This document shows positions 1 to 9,394 of a DNA stretch of 64,000 bases, piece by piece. Positions within the stretch are counted from its first letter, which is position 1. Every line of letters begins with the position of its first letter. The stretch covers positions 1 through 64,000 of the IMG/VR virus record IMGVR_UViG_2713896764_000001; one strand, 5' to 3'. The translations under genes were made by a program, and so were the position numbers. Under the pieces are notes generated by a model that worked only from the letters and a program-made list of their open reading frames with translations, was not told the origin of the DNA and ran no database searches. The stretch is from a virus. Its lineage: Duplodnaviria > Caudoviricetes.

Positions 1-495
1 TTAATCTGTTGCCGAAACCATATCGGCAAACATATTGGAGGCGTCGATATTTGGCTTATCGTCCTTATGTAAGGTATTGGGCTTACTGGCCTTGTTGGTG
101 TTATTTGCCTTGTTGACCTTGTTGGCACTCGACACCTTGTTGGTTTGACGGCCGATGCTTCGCCAGCTCTTGCTAACGACAACCGGCTGAACATCCACTT
201 CTACGGTCTTCGGCACGTATTCTTCGTAGAAAAGCGCTCGACCTGCCTTTCTCTCCGCAATCATCATTCGAACAGCCAGGCACTTGCTTGAACCAATGCA
301 GCCCTGACAATCAACAAATGAATTAGCGCCTAAGCGTTTATCTTTGAATGCCAAAACCGTGTGCTGGCAAACGACATAGTTGGCGATGCGACCGGTGCTT
401 TCGCAGGAAAAACTGTGCATGTTGCACCCTGAGCGGCTTTTTGAAAGTGGAATAACCTTCTCTTTTGCCTCTTTTGAAATTACCAACTGCCCCAT
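1..495 (-). CDS. hypothetical Cys-rich phage protein
   Basis: 164-aa ORF with several Cys residues and a low-complexity NK-rich tail; overlaps the upstream ORF. Confidence 0.7.
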   Translation of the reverse strand: MGQLVISKEAKEKVIPLSKSRSGCNMHSFSCESTGRIANYVVCQHTVLAFKDKRLGANSFVDCQGCIGSSKCLAVRMMIAERKAGRALFYEEYVPKTVEVDVQPVVVSKSWRSIGRQTNKVSSANKVNKANNTNKASKPNTLHKDDKPNIDASNMFADMVSATD

Positions 496-1313
496 GACTC
501 ACCTACCTCTGCTTTTACTTGATAATCGTCGATTACTTTTTTCATTAACTCGGTTGCGTTAGCCACCAATGCTTCGCAACGCTGTGCAAATGTGCTGATG
601 TATTTCTCTGCCGTTCCTGAGTGGCAGTAGAGAATGTTTCCCGAACGCATTGAGAAAACGTCGATTAGCGAGCCATATGTTTCCTCAAGGCGAGTGAAAA
701 ACGCATCTGTCTGAGCGCGAATACTGACAATGGCATCACTGCTCATCAGGTCACTCAGTGCGAAACTAAGGAACTGGAATCCCTCATTGTCGATAACCGC
801 TTCCGAATAAGCCTTTTTGAATTGCTCATCCGTTAAGTCCTCTTCGCCGTTGAAGTCGTCCAGAACTCCAAATAAGCCTTCAACCACGTTTTTGTAGAAC
901 TCAGCCGGAAGACACTTGGATTTTGATAGATGCTGTGGGGAGTCGATACCAAGCCCCGCAACATACTTATCCGTTTCAGCGTCAATCAGCCCGTAGAAGC
1001 GTCCCCAAACACCGCCGGATACTGTATCTCCGGTAATATCTGCATAAGGTCTGTTTGCTTCCACGATGTAAAACGGGCGATCAACCAAATTTATCTTTTT
1101 GACGGTCACTTGCAGCACTGAAATTTCTTGTTCGAAAATGAACTCGTTTTTGGCTACAAATGGCATGTCAGCCGCTACTTCCGAAACGCTGTCTTTAAGC
1201 GTCTCGATAACACCAGCTTTTATGTCTGCAATCTCGGATTCGCCAAGGTTTTTATAGCCCTTGTGCTTTTTCAGATTGCTCATGACACTGGCAACTAGAG
1301 GCTCAAGTTTCAC
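480..1313 (-). CDS. hypothetical protein
   Basis: 277-aa ORF, AAGGAG RBS upstream. Confidence 0.75.
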   Translation of the reverse strand: MKLEPLVASVMSNLKKHKGYKNLGESEIADIKAGVIETLKDSVSEVAADMPFVAKNEFIFEQEISVLQVTVKKINLVDRPFYIVEANRPYADITGDTVSGGVWGRFYGLIDAETDKYVAGLGIDSPQHLSKSKCLPAEFYKNVVEGLFGVLDDFNGEEDLTDEQFKKAYSEAVIDNEGFQFLSFALSDLMSSDAIVSIRAQTDAFFTRLEETYGSLIDVFSMRSGNILYCHSGTAEKYISTFAQRCEALVANATELMKKVIDDYQVKAEVGESWGSW

Positions 1314-1399
1314 TGCTTTTGCTCCTTACTTGTCGCAGTATGACTGCCATAATAAGCAAGTGATTACGGCAGTTAAGTAATTGGTGACTGATTGATAGG

Positions 1400-2518
1400 T
1401 TAGTTTCTGATTGCACTCCAGCCTTTCAGCTTGAGCATCATGGCTAACTGGTTATCGAATTTTTTGGCACGGTAGTAAGCCGCGATGATTTTCTCTGGCG
1501 GTGCTTCGCCGGGATCTTCGTCCTCGCCCAATGCAGCAATTCGGACGTTAAAGCCGCAACCAATGAGCTTCTTGGCCGACGCAATCACAACGGGAATGGT
1601 TTTCTGCTCCGTATCCCACATTAGGACAATGTTCTTAAGTCCTTTGGCCTTGAGCTTTAAGAACGCCCCTATCTGGTCTTGGGCTGATTCTTCCAGTCCT
1701 CCGGACAAGTGCATACCAAACGTCCCTATTGGCTCTACAAACGGGAACAACGTTGGCTCGCTGAGTAGCGCTCGCTTAACTCCGATAACGTCAAACGCAC
1801 CCTCGCCAACGATTACCGTCTCTTTGCCAACGGCATTGTGTCCGTTGTATAGGTATCGACCGGAAGCAGAGAGTGTTTGTGGGAAGAGATACTTTCTGCG
1901 AGCCTCACCTGTCACGTCACGACCTTGGAACGTGGCAAGTTTGCCTTCAAGATCGTAAACAGGAATCATGACTCGCTTGGAAAAGTCTTGAGTTTTGCCC
2001 TCTTGCGCTTCGGAGTCCCAAAAGACATGAACGCCGGATTCAGACCAGCGTAAATCGAAATACTCACACAATGTCTTACTCAGTCCTCGGTTGAGCAAAT
2101 ATTCGGGCAGCGTCTCCATTTCCCTTGAGATATGAAGCGATGCTGGCAGGCGAATTTCTTGCAAAAGGTTAACGTCGGATTTGATTTCCGTTTTCACCTT
2201 TGGCATATAGCCCAGCTCTAAGCTAACTTGCTCGATATAATCAGCAAGTTCTCTCCCTCGCTTGTCTGTAAACGCCTGTAGAAAGCGGAATACGTTGTAT
2301 TGCTTGTCCTGCGGGTGTGAACCGTGAAAGCATACTCCCTGTCCTCGCATCGGATTGAAATACACTTTCCAAGAGTCTCCTCCGCACATCGGACAATGGC
2401 GGATATTCAGCTCTCGACCTGATTTGCCAGTAGTCACGCGATAATCAACGCCCTCCAAATCAAGCCAAGCCTCAAAATCAAGGCCATCAAGCATTTCTCT
2501 GATATCTTCAAATGCCAC
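1400..2518 (-). CDS. DNA primase (zinc finger + Toprim)
   Basis: CPMCGG...C zinc finger, RVMIPVYD...FQGR, VGEGAFD and MWDTE Toprim motifs; next to helicase. Confidence 0.9.
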   Translation of the reverse strand: MAFEDIREMLDGLDFEAWLDLEGVDYRVTTGKSGRELNIRHCPMCGGDSWKVYFNPMRGQGVCFHGSHPQDKQYNVFRFLQAFTDKRGRELADYIEQVSLELGYMPKVKTEIKSDVNLLQEIRLPASLHISREMETLPEYLLNRGLSKTLCEYFDLRWSESGVHVFWDSEAQEGKTQDFSKRVMIPVYDLEGKLATFQGRDVTGEARRKYLFPQTLSASGRYLYNGHNAVGKETVIVGEGAFDVIGVKRALLSEPTLFPFVEPIGTFGMHLSGGLEESAQDQIGAFLKLKAKGLKNIVLMWDTEQKTIPVVIASAKKLIGCGFNVRIAALGEDEDPGEAPPEKIIAAYYRAKKFDNQLAMMLKLKGWSAIRN

Positions 2519-2519
2519 A

Positions 2520-2637
2520 CTATTTACCTCTTACTTGCTCTGCGATTACCGCCAGAAGTTGCTCGTCACTTGCTTGCTGTAATGGCAGCGAATGCAGTAA
2601 TGATGGCCGCATTCGCTGTGGTTTTAGGCAAATACAT
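2520..2637 (-). pseudogene. small 38-aa ORF broken by an apparent +1 insertion
   Basis: ATG at 2637 reads MYLPKTTANAAIITAFAAITA; removing one A continues ASDEQLLAVIAEQVRGK* ending just before the primase start. Confidence 0.45.
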
Positions 2638-2662
2638 AAGTCACCGCTTACCTAAACTATAG

Positions 2663-4003
2663 TTAGAAAACATCCAGAACCTTATCGACAAACTTCATCT
2701 TATCGAGGTCTTGTTTAACGCGAACGGTAATATCGCCACGTTGGTTACGAGAAGCAGCAAGGAATAGTCGCGCCTCTCCCTTCGCTTTCTCTTCATCCGT
2801 TTTGTTGATTGAGATTGTTAAGTCGGCAATACGGATTTTTTCGATGTTATCCGCAACGTGCGTAATACCCGCTGTCTCCGAACCCATACCATCACGGTTA
2901 GTCTGTGTTGCGGTAAGCAGCGCGAAGTCTTCTTTGTCCGCCAGACCACGGAAGTCGGTATACATGTCCTTTTCGTCTGCGCGGCGATCGTTGGTCACAC
3001 GGTTTGAGCGAGCTAGGTCAAGGTAGTCCAACGCCACCATGTCAAACTTCACGCCTTTGGCTCGGAAGTCATGAATCAAGCGATTAAGCTCGTTCGGAGT
3101 GAAAGTGCCTGCCGGACGCTCAACGATGATCAGCTTCCCAACCCCGCCTGAGCGCTTAGCCAGAATAGCGGAGCGAACCGCCTCACGCGCTTTCACCAAG
3201 TCATCCATTGAGGTGTCCGAAACACGCGCATCCGCACGGTCCGAAATGATTCGCGCATGAACCTCAAGCGTGACATACAGAACGTTGTAGCCGGCATCGG
3301 AGGCAGCAATGGAGAAGTCACCCAAAGCAGTAGACTTACCCGCCTTTGCACCACCCATAATCAGCGTCATTTCGCGACGACCCCAGCCTTTGTGGTAAAG
3401 GATCGCATCCAGTGCGCGAATACCCGTGGTAATACCTGTCGGAACATCCTCGCCTTTCTCCAGAGCATCACGACGTTCAGTTCGAGTATCTACCTCTTCG
3501 TAGTAGTCGTAATAGTTGTTCGAGTCAGAAGCCCCTACCAGCATCGCTTTTTGAACGACCGCTACCGCACCCTCAAAGTCGCCCTTTTCTTTCAACTCAA
3601 CGGCTTTCATTAGGGCTTCGTCCAGCGCGTTATTACGGGCGAACGTGCTTACTTGGTCGAGCATGTATTTGCTGTCTGTCAAAGGTTCAGACAGAATTTC
3701 TTTGAGTGATACCAGCACATCCGGCTTCATTTCCTCACGGATGCGCTTTGACTCAATGGCCTTTTTCACCAGATCAACAAGCACCTTCTTACCTGGTGCC
3801 TGCGAGTAAAGGCGAAAATGCTTGTTTACGATCATCACGAGGCTGGCAACGGCTTTGTTCTCGAATTGCTCCGGAGAGACTAAGTCGTTTGTCATCGTCA
3901 GGAAGTTCGTATCACGGCAGTAATAGGCTGCCAAACGTAGCTGAAAACCTGAGTCAAACTTCTCTGAAAGCGGAACAGAAGTTACCTCAAACTCAGTTGT
4001 CAT
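2663..4003 (-). CDS. dnaB: replicative DNA helicase, DnaB-like (SF4)
   Basis: Walker A GGAKAGKST, VLYVTLE, ALDYLDL, TATQTNR motifs. Confidence 0.92.
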   Translation of the reverse strand: MTTEFEVTSVPLSEKFDSGFQLRLAAYYCRDTNFLTMTNDLVSPEQFENKAVASLVMIVNKHFRLYSQAPGKKVLVDLVKKAIESKRIREEMKPDVLVSLKEILSEPLTDSKYMLDQVSTFARNNALDEALMKAVELKEKGDFEGAVAVVQKAMLVGASDSNNYYDYYEEVDTRTERRDALEKGEDVPTGITTGIRALDAILYHKGWGRREMTLIMGGAKAGKSTALGDFSIAASDAGYNVLYVTLEVHARIISDRADARVSDTSMDDLVKAREAVRSAILAKRSGGVGKLIIVERPAGTFTPNELNRLIHDFRAKGVKFDMVALDYLDLARSNRVTNDRRADEKDMYTDFRGLADKEDFALLTATQTNRDGMGSETAGITHVADNIEKIRIADLTISINKTDEEKAKGEARLFLAASRNQRGDITVRVKQDLDKMKFVDKVLDVF

Positions 4004-4006
4004 GAA

Positions 4007-4312
4007 TTACCCCTCAATTACGTATGGCTGTTTTCTGCCGCTGCTTGGGGCAAGAAATTCCAAACCACGCATGGCGACCGTAACCAAGTCACTTGGGCTG
4101 ATAGTGCCGGTTGGCTGAAGCACGATTGCCGTTTCATCAAAAGACACTACTCGACCAAAGAAACTCGCACCGGATACCGTCGCGATCTCACACTCCACCT
4201 CATTGGTTTTTAGAAAGCCCAATCGACGCTCAATGTGTGAAGATGAACGGGTGGTCACAGCCATTGCAGGCTTGACGTTGCGGCGATTGCGAGTAGTTAA
4301 CTCAGTATTCAT
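4007..4312 (-). CDS. Hfq/Sm-like protein
   Basis: FLKTNEVECEIATVSGASFFGRVVSFDETAIVLQ matches the Hfq Sm1 pattern by eye. Confidence 0.6.
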   Translation of the reverse strand: MNTELTTRNRRNVKPAMAVTTRSSSHIERRLGFLKTNEVECEIATVSGASFFGRVVSFDETAIVLQPTGTISPSDLVTVAMRGLEFLAPSSGRKQPYVIEG

Positions 4313-4350
4313 GATTTGATTTCCTTGTTGCTAATTCATGTGCATTGCGT

Positions 4351-5109
4351 TTACAGATTCCATGATAATTGGAGCTTGTCGGCTGCCAATACTGTTGCCT
4401 CGGGGAAGTGCTTCATCGCTAGGTGACGAGGAATGGCCTCGTGTGTGTAGATGGCACTCCGCAGGGACAAGTCTTGGTTTGCCTCTCCGCGCATCTTGAT
4501 CTGTGCAATGACGAATTTTTGATATTCCTCTAGAACCGGACACTGGCAAAAGTTGGAAACCTTGAAGTAAGGCTCTTCTGATACCATTAGGCCAGTTCTC
4601 AGCTTACTCGCCAGTGCTTGCTTGAAGTTGTCAATCAGCTCGGCTTGGTATAGCTGTGCCGGAGTAGCCAGGTGCAATCGTCCTCGCCCTTCCGTATCCA
4701 TGATGATTGAGAAACAAAACAGATCGTAGGGTGCGCGTAGCTTGTCGGCCATCTGTCTTGCCTTCCACAGCGAGGTCACTGTCCGGCTAGACTGTTCCCA
4801 AATGGCTTTGCGCTTAATGCCTGTTCTGAATGGTGCGGATTTGTAATCCTCACGACCGCGCATCAACATCACTTGCGAGTAAGCCTTCATGTAGCACTCT
4901 GCAAAATACGCTGTAGCGTCGAGGGGATGTAGAAAGCGATAGTCATACCACTTACGAAAGAAAAGCTCACCATCGTCCTTACAGCGCGAAATCCCGACGA
5001 TTTTTGAAGTGATCTCGTCCTTGTCTCTCGCTGTTGTGTCGATGAGTGGTAAAAGTCGCTCGTTTTCCTCAAAAACGGCTTTTAAGTTTTTCAACTGATG
5101 CGGAAACAT
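4351..5109 (-). CDS. hypothetical protein heading the replication operon
   Basis: 252-aa ORF; 18-bp palindrome 4 bp upstream of the ATG. Confidence 0.75.
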   Translation of the reverse strand: MFPHQLKNLKAVFEENERLLPLIDTTARDKDEITSKIVGISRCKDDGELFFRKWYDYRFLHPLDATAYFAECYMKAYSQVMLMRGREDYKSAPFRTGIKRKAIWEQSSRTVTSLWKARQMADKLRAPYDLFCFSIIMDTEGRGRLHLATPAQLYQAELIDNFKQALASKLRTGLMVSEEPYFKVSNFCQCPVLEEYQKFVIAQIKMRGEANQDLSLRSAIYTHEAIPRHLAMKHFPEATVLAADKLQLSWNL

Positions 5110-5381
5110 AACCTAACTAAGCACTGACTTATCACTCACAAGTAAAATACATGAATCCGCGACTAAGAAAAAGTGAAATAGTAATACAATGTGCGGGATA
5201 CTCTGCCTTAGCTTCATATAGCTACTTAGGTGTTTCCGAAGACCGTGAGCATAGAAAAATTAAAGACATGAAAAATAGGGTATCGCCAACTAAGCTATCT
5301 AAGGATCATCAATTCATGTGATATAGAGCTCTGCCTGCAACGACATCGAACTCTACAACGTTTCTCTGTGAGCCGATAGTT

Positions 5382-5720
5382 ATGTGCCACCTGATATTGC
5401 TCCTTCCTATTTTAGCTCTACCATTATTCTGGCTGACCCCATTCTCGTTCGCTATACCGCTCTATTTCTTTATTGTTATCGTTTCCGCAGTCATCTACTG
5501 GCTTACGTATCGAGCGATGCACTTACCAATTGAAACAGGATCCGAAGCACTCCATCACCAAGTAGGTCAGGTAATCGGATATCAAAATGGCTTTTATCAG
5601 ATATCATTGAACAATGAATGTTGGAATGCCCTTTCAGATGAAGTGCTGCAACCTAGAGAACGGGTTGAGGTGAACTCTGTCCACGGTGTCACACTGAATG
5701 TCAAACGGATCTCAGGCTAA
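5382..5720 (+). CDS. NfeD-family membrane protein
   Basis: two N-terminal TM segments, then TG.E.L...GQV...G.Y.I.LNNECWNA.S...V.V.SV.G.TL.V OB-fold pattern. Confidence 0.8.
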   Translation: MCHLILLLPILALPLFWLTPFSFAIPLYFFIVIVSAVIYWLTYRAMHLPIETGSEALHHQVGQVIGYQNGFYQISLNNECWNALSDEVLQPRERVEVNSVHGVTLNVKRISG

Positions 5721-5777
5721 GCCCTTCAGGCAAGAGAATTGAGACAGTGTGCTTCCTAAAATCAGGAATCGCTAAAC

Positions 5778-6284
5778 ATGCCAAGACAATTTATCAAACA
5801 GCACTGCGGATGGTTACTAACGACTCTCATCCTAAGCGGCTGTGATGTATCCATCAATCACATGTATACATCAGTCGATAAAAGTCGCACCTATCCAACC
5901 AATGGTGAACAAATTTATTTCACTGGCCGGAATCAGTCAGGCAGCCAGATTATTTACCGAGGCGGTCATATGCATGCGCAGATGCATCTCACGGCATGTG
6001 CTGATTGCCATGGTATAAGGCGTGAAGGAGGTCAGCGCATGTATCCATTTTTTTGGCTGACAGCTCCTCCGCTAACAAGCGATGCCTTATTCGGCACGCA
6101 CGATGATGATCATGATGCTTATACCCTATCCAGCCTTAAAAGAGCTATCACAGCAGGTGTTGACCCATCCGGAGAGCAGTTGGATTCGACGATGCCCCGT
6201 TGGCAGATGAGTGAATCGGACTTAGAAGATTTGGTTGATTATCTTGCAGAAGGAACTTTGAAAACAGTAAAGCATGAGCAATAG
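5778..6284 (+). CDS. monoheme cytochrome c lipoprotein
   Basis: lipobox LSGC, CADCH heme motif, distal MPRW Met ligand. Confidence 0.85.
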   Translation: MPRQFIKQHCGWLLTTLILSGCDVSINHMYTSVDKSRTYPTNGEQIYFTGRNQSGSQIIYRGGHMHAQMHLTACADCHGIRREGGQRMYPFFWLTAPPLTSDALFGTHDDDHDAYTLSSLKRAITAGVDPSGEQLDSTMPRWQMSESDLEDLVDYLAEGTLKTVKHEQ

Positions 6285-6476
6285 AGGTTCAGCGTCTCGG
6301 TGGAAATTAGATATTTTTACCATTCTGCCATATATGAACCACATACCATGCGGAAAACCCACTAATATTGTAAGGGCTTAATCCGCATTTACAGACTTGG
6401 TAACACACAGCATCAGCCAAGGTTTTACCGAGACCAACCTGAAACACATCCATTTGCTGAAAAAAGGAGGCTTAGG

Positions 6477-6941
6477 ATGAGAACACACATCATGATCATC
6501 CCACTGGTGACGTTACTAAATTTAGCTGCCATCCATGATGTATCAGCTCAACAAGGCATGACTTGGCATGGGAGCGGTGGTTGGGGTCCCCACTCACCTT
6601 ACGGGATGATGTATAACAACCAGACTATGGAGGAAGCTAGCGGTGAAGTAGTGACCGTGGATAAAATCTCTATGATGCATCAGATGCAACAACAAGGGGT
6701 CCACCTGACAGTTAAAGCTGGTCAGGATACCCTCTCCGTTCATCTAGGTCCGGCTTGGTATCTTGAGAAACAGGATGTCAAAATCATGCCTGGAGACAAG
6801 GTGACTATTAAAGGATCCCGAATCACCTTTGACGATGAGCCAACGTTGATTGCCGCGGAAATTCGCAAGGGAGACCAAGTATTAATACTTCGGGATTCGG
6901 ACGGTATTCCTGTCTGGAGTGGTTGGCGACAACGACAGTAG
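6477..6941 (+). CDS. exported Met/His/Gly-rich OB-fold protein
   Basis: signal peptide (VSA-Q), GGAGG RBS, VHLGPAWY...GDKVTIKGS OB-fold pattern. Confidence 0.75.
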   Translation: MRTHIMIIPLVTLLNLAAIHDVSAQQGMTWHGSGGWGPHSPYGMMYNNQTMEEASGEVVTVDKISMMHQMQQQGVHLTVKAGQDTLSVHLGPAWYLEKQDVKIMPGDKVTIKGSRITFDDEPTLIAAEIRKGDQVLILRDSDGIPVWSGWRQRQ

Positions 6942-7049
6942 CCTACAGCTAAAATCCAAGTGTTTGCTTATCAATCCCTCAGTCCTCGTAGCGGTGGTCA
7001 GGAACGTAATCAGACCTGCGCTCACTTGTCTTTTGGTTATTTGGCAAAC

Positions 7050-7082
7050 AAAAAGCCCGCAAACTTATAAGCTTGCGGGCTT
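7050..7082. terminator. probably bidirectional intrinsic terminator
   Basis: AAGCCCGCAA/TTGCGGGCTT stem between convergent units. Confidence 0.7.
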
Positions 7083-7191
7083 GCAACAATGTTAAAACTG
7101 ACACAATTATTAGGAGTAAAAAAGAACCTAAGGATGCTTAAGGACATTACTAGTATAGTATGAACGTAATCCTTTAGGAGTAATTCAGATT

Positions 7192-7458
7192 TTAATTTAG
7201 TAATTGATAGAACTTTCTCAGAACAAACCTTTTGAGTTCTTCTTCTCTCCCTTGAGACGCGGACAGAAGCCACTGATATTGTTCTAACCGGGATTTCTTT
7301 AGGAAATTACAGGAATCAATTCGCAAGTTATCCGGTATGGAGATGAAAGCACGTTCAAGAGAAGTGCTAAGGGCAGAAATGATAAAGATGTTTGTGGATT
7401 CCAAATATTCTTCAAGTTTAGCGAAATCTTCCAGAAGCAAGTCGGGCTTCCCTTTCAT
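7192..7458 (-). CDS. hypothetical AT-rich moron protein
   Basis: 88-aa ORF with TTGTTA-N16-TATAAT promoter-like sequence upstream and a terminator downstream. Confidence 0.5.
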   Translation of the reverse strand: MKGKPDLLLEDFAKLEEYLESTNIFIISALSTSLERAFISIPDNLRIDSCNFLKKSRLEQYQWLLSASQGREEELKRFVLRKFYQLLN

Positions 7459-7570
7459 AATGGCATTTTTACTGAAGCTATTGTTTATAACGCCAAATTA
7501 TATGGCGCTTACAAAAAATAACAACATCCATAACAATCTTTCAACCATCTAATTTTAAAGGGCTTCCGTT

Positions 7571-7606
7571 AAAAAAGCACCCGCGAATTAGTTAGTTTCG
7601 CGGGTG
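7571..7606 (-). terminator. intrinsic terminator
   Basis: CACCCGCGAA/TTCGCGGGTG stem with A-run. Confidence 0.65.
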
Positions 7607-7795
7607 GAAGAATGTGACAAAATTTACGGAATCACTAGAATCAATTTCCCGATAGACGCACAATTTAAGCATAGCAGATATTTCCTTTCACGCAGGGCTT
7701 TCGCGATTGAAAATTGAAAAGATCAACCATAACAAATCATGGTGCAACCAACACAATATTTTATCGGTCTCATGAGGGATGAGTCCGGATGAAGC

Positions 7796-7974
7796 CTTTC
7801 CCCCTAAATTTATAAATAATCTTAAAAAGAAATATTATGTAAACGCGGTTTTATTCGAAGATGAACTATCTCCGGAGTTCATGATTTTTCACCAAAAGAA
7901 CTCCAATTCCGGAGTATCCAATAACCGCGTTTCCAATATATATTCCGTAGTATTTATTAATTAAGGGGTGAAAG
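7796..7974. repeat. dispersed foldback element, copy A
   Basis: inverted cores ATATTATGTAAACGCGGTTTT and AACCGCGTTTCCAATATATA; related to 39925-40126 and 53316-53532. Confidence 0.8.
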
Positions 7975-8043
7975 ACTAGGACTTGCGGAACCGTGCTTTT
8001 CGCTATGGCCTTGCTGGACAGTCCAGCCCCGAACCTCGGCTGC

Positions 8044-8068
8044 AAAAAGCCCCAAATATCGGGGCTTT
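8044..8068 (-). terminator. par operon terminator
   Basis: AAAGCCCC/GGGGCTTT stem with A-run after the par partner gene. Confidence 0.7.
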
Positions 8069-8098
8069 CTAAATCGCATTTTAAGCGTGTTGGCGTGC

Positions 8099-8446
8099 TT
8101 ACTTGTCTGTTGGTATAGCTTTGAATCGTTCATCGCTTCTGACAGCGTTCAGAGGGCTTTGCGTGACTTCTTTCAGTAGCACTTCTATCTGCTCGTCGGA
8201 CATTCTCGACAAAACCAATACTCCGGCTCTGAAAACATCACTTCTTGCGGCATTGAAGCGCCTTGGAACTAAGGCAAGCTCATCAACCAGGCTGTGATAA
8301 TCCGCCTCCATGCTGACCATTCTGCCTTTGATCGGCTCGGCCTTTGTCTCTGCCTGATCTTGCCCTGTCTGCTGAACTGACTCCTGAACCGAAGCCTCTT
8401 GGGTAAACCGGCGTCGGTCGCTCTTCACCAAACCTCCTAATCCCAT
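8099..8446 (-). CDS. type Ib partition partner (ParG-like, probable ribbon-helix-helix)
   Basis: small ORF directly after parA; MVSME...ARSDVFRAGVLVL strand-helix-helix pattern. Confidence 0.7.
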   Translation of the reverse strand: MGLGGLVKSDRRRFTQEASVQESVQQTGQDQAETKAEPIKGRMVSMEADYHSLVDELALVPRRFNAARSDVFRAGVLVLSRMSDEQIEVLLKEVTQSPLNAVRSDERFKAIPTDK

Positions 8447-8456
8447 AACCTATACC

Positions 8457-9140
8457 TCAAGCGACCTTGCCCTTGTCCGATGGCCTGATGCCAAAAATCA
8501 GCTCATCAACAAGGTCGTTCACTTCTGCCTCTGCCTTGAGATCACGGCAGTCGTCCGGCATTTCCAGCACTCCGCGCCCGTTTTCTTCTGAATCATCAAA
8601 AACGTTACGGTGCATTACCACGGTTTGAAGTGGGCTAAAGTCATATGACTCGCACACATACTTAGCATCCAAAATCCGCTTAACCTGCGTTGGCAGCGGG
8701 TTGCACTGGTTAATCAGCGTATTGATTTTAAGGTCAGGGTTATACTGCATACCGCGACCAAGCACTTCGTCAATCATCGGCAAGGCTTTCAAATCACGAC
8801 GCTTAGGGCGCAAAACCAAAAGAAAACGGTCGGCATTGATAATGGCCTCGCGCTGATAAGCGCCATCATAACCACCGGCATCACAAATGATGAAGTCGTA
8901 AAGAGGTCGGATAGACTTGATTAAGTCCTCTGCCGAACCGGTTGGGATGTAGCCGCTGATTTTCACCAGGTTAAGATGAGCGCGGCGTTCAACAAACCAC
9001 TCTTCGGTTGTCTTTTGTGGGTCTAAATCGACAAGAGCAACATTGTGCCCTCTCATTGCAAGGCACACAGCCATGTTCTGAGCGGTGCAAGACTTGCCCG
9101 TTCCGCCCTTTACAGAGCCTACAACGATCACTTCTGACAT
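8457..9140 (-). CDS. parA: ParA/ParF partition ATPase
   Basis: deviant Walker A KGGTGKS, VDLDPQ, IICDAGG; no N-terminal HTH (type Ib). Confidence 0.92.
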   Translation of the reverse strand: MSEVIVVGSVKGGTGKSCTAQNMAVCLAMRGHNVALVDLDPQKTTEEWFVERRAHLNLVKISGYIPTGSAEDLIKSIRPLYDFIICDAGGYDGAYQREAIINADRFLLVLRPKRRDLKALPMIDEVLGRGMQYNPDLKINTLINQCNPLPTQVKRILDAKYVCESYDFSPLQTVVMHRNVFDDSEENGRGVLEMPDDCRDLKAEAEVNDLVDELIFGIRPSDKGKVA

Positions 9141-9319
9141 TTTGGAATCCTTTGTTTTTATTTTGGGTATGCTTTACGCGATCGGTTGTAACCCAGCGGA
9201 TACCGTAAAGTAAGGTGTTGAGGCTAAATACGTTATTGGTGGTGTAGCGATTATGTGAGGTAGATAAGGTGTTGGGCTTATACAAGACAAGCCCTAACCA
9301 AGATGCTGCAAGGAGTTTA

Positions 9320-9394
9320 TGGAGCAGGCAGCGGGACTCGAACCCGCGTCCTCAGCTTGGAAGGCTGAGATATTGGCCACTATACGATGCCTGC
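9320..9394 (-). tRNA. tRNA-Gly (anticodon TCC)
   Basis: GCAGGCA/TGCCTGC acceptor stem, CTCAGC-CTTCCAA-GCTGAG anticodon arm, GGTTCGAGTCC T-arm, encoded CCA. Confidence 0.95.

Noticed and set aside
72-145. CCTTGTTG repeats as iterons; similar GT(A/G)TTGGGCTTA at about 9268 and 51150
   Set aside because: They fall within a low-complexity coding tract; too short and too few to support a parS or iteron call
7779-7964. 61-aa ORF on the + strand
   Set aside because: Coincides with foldback element A; the other copies do not keep the frame
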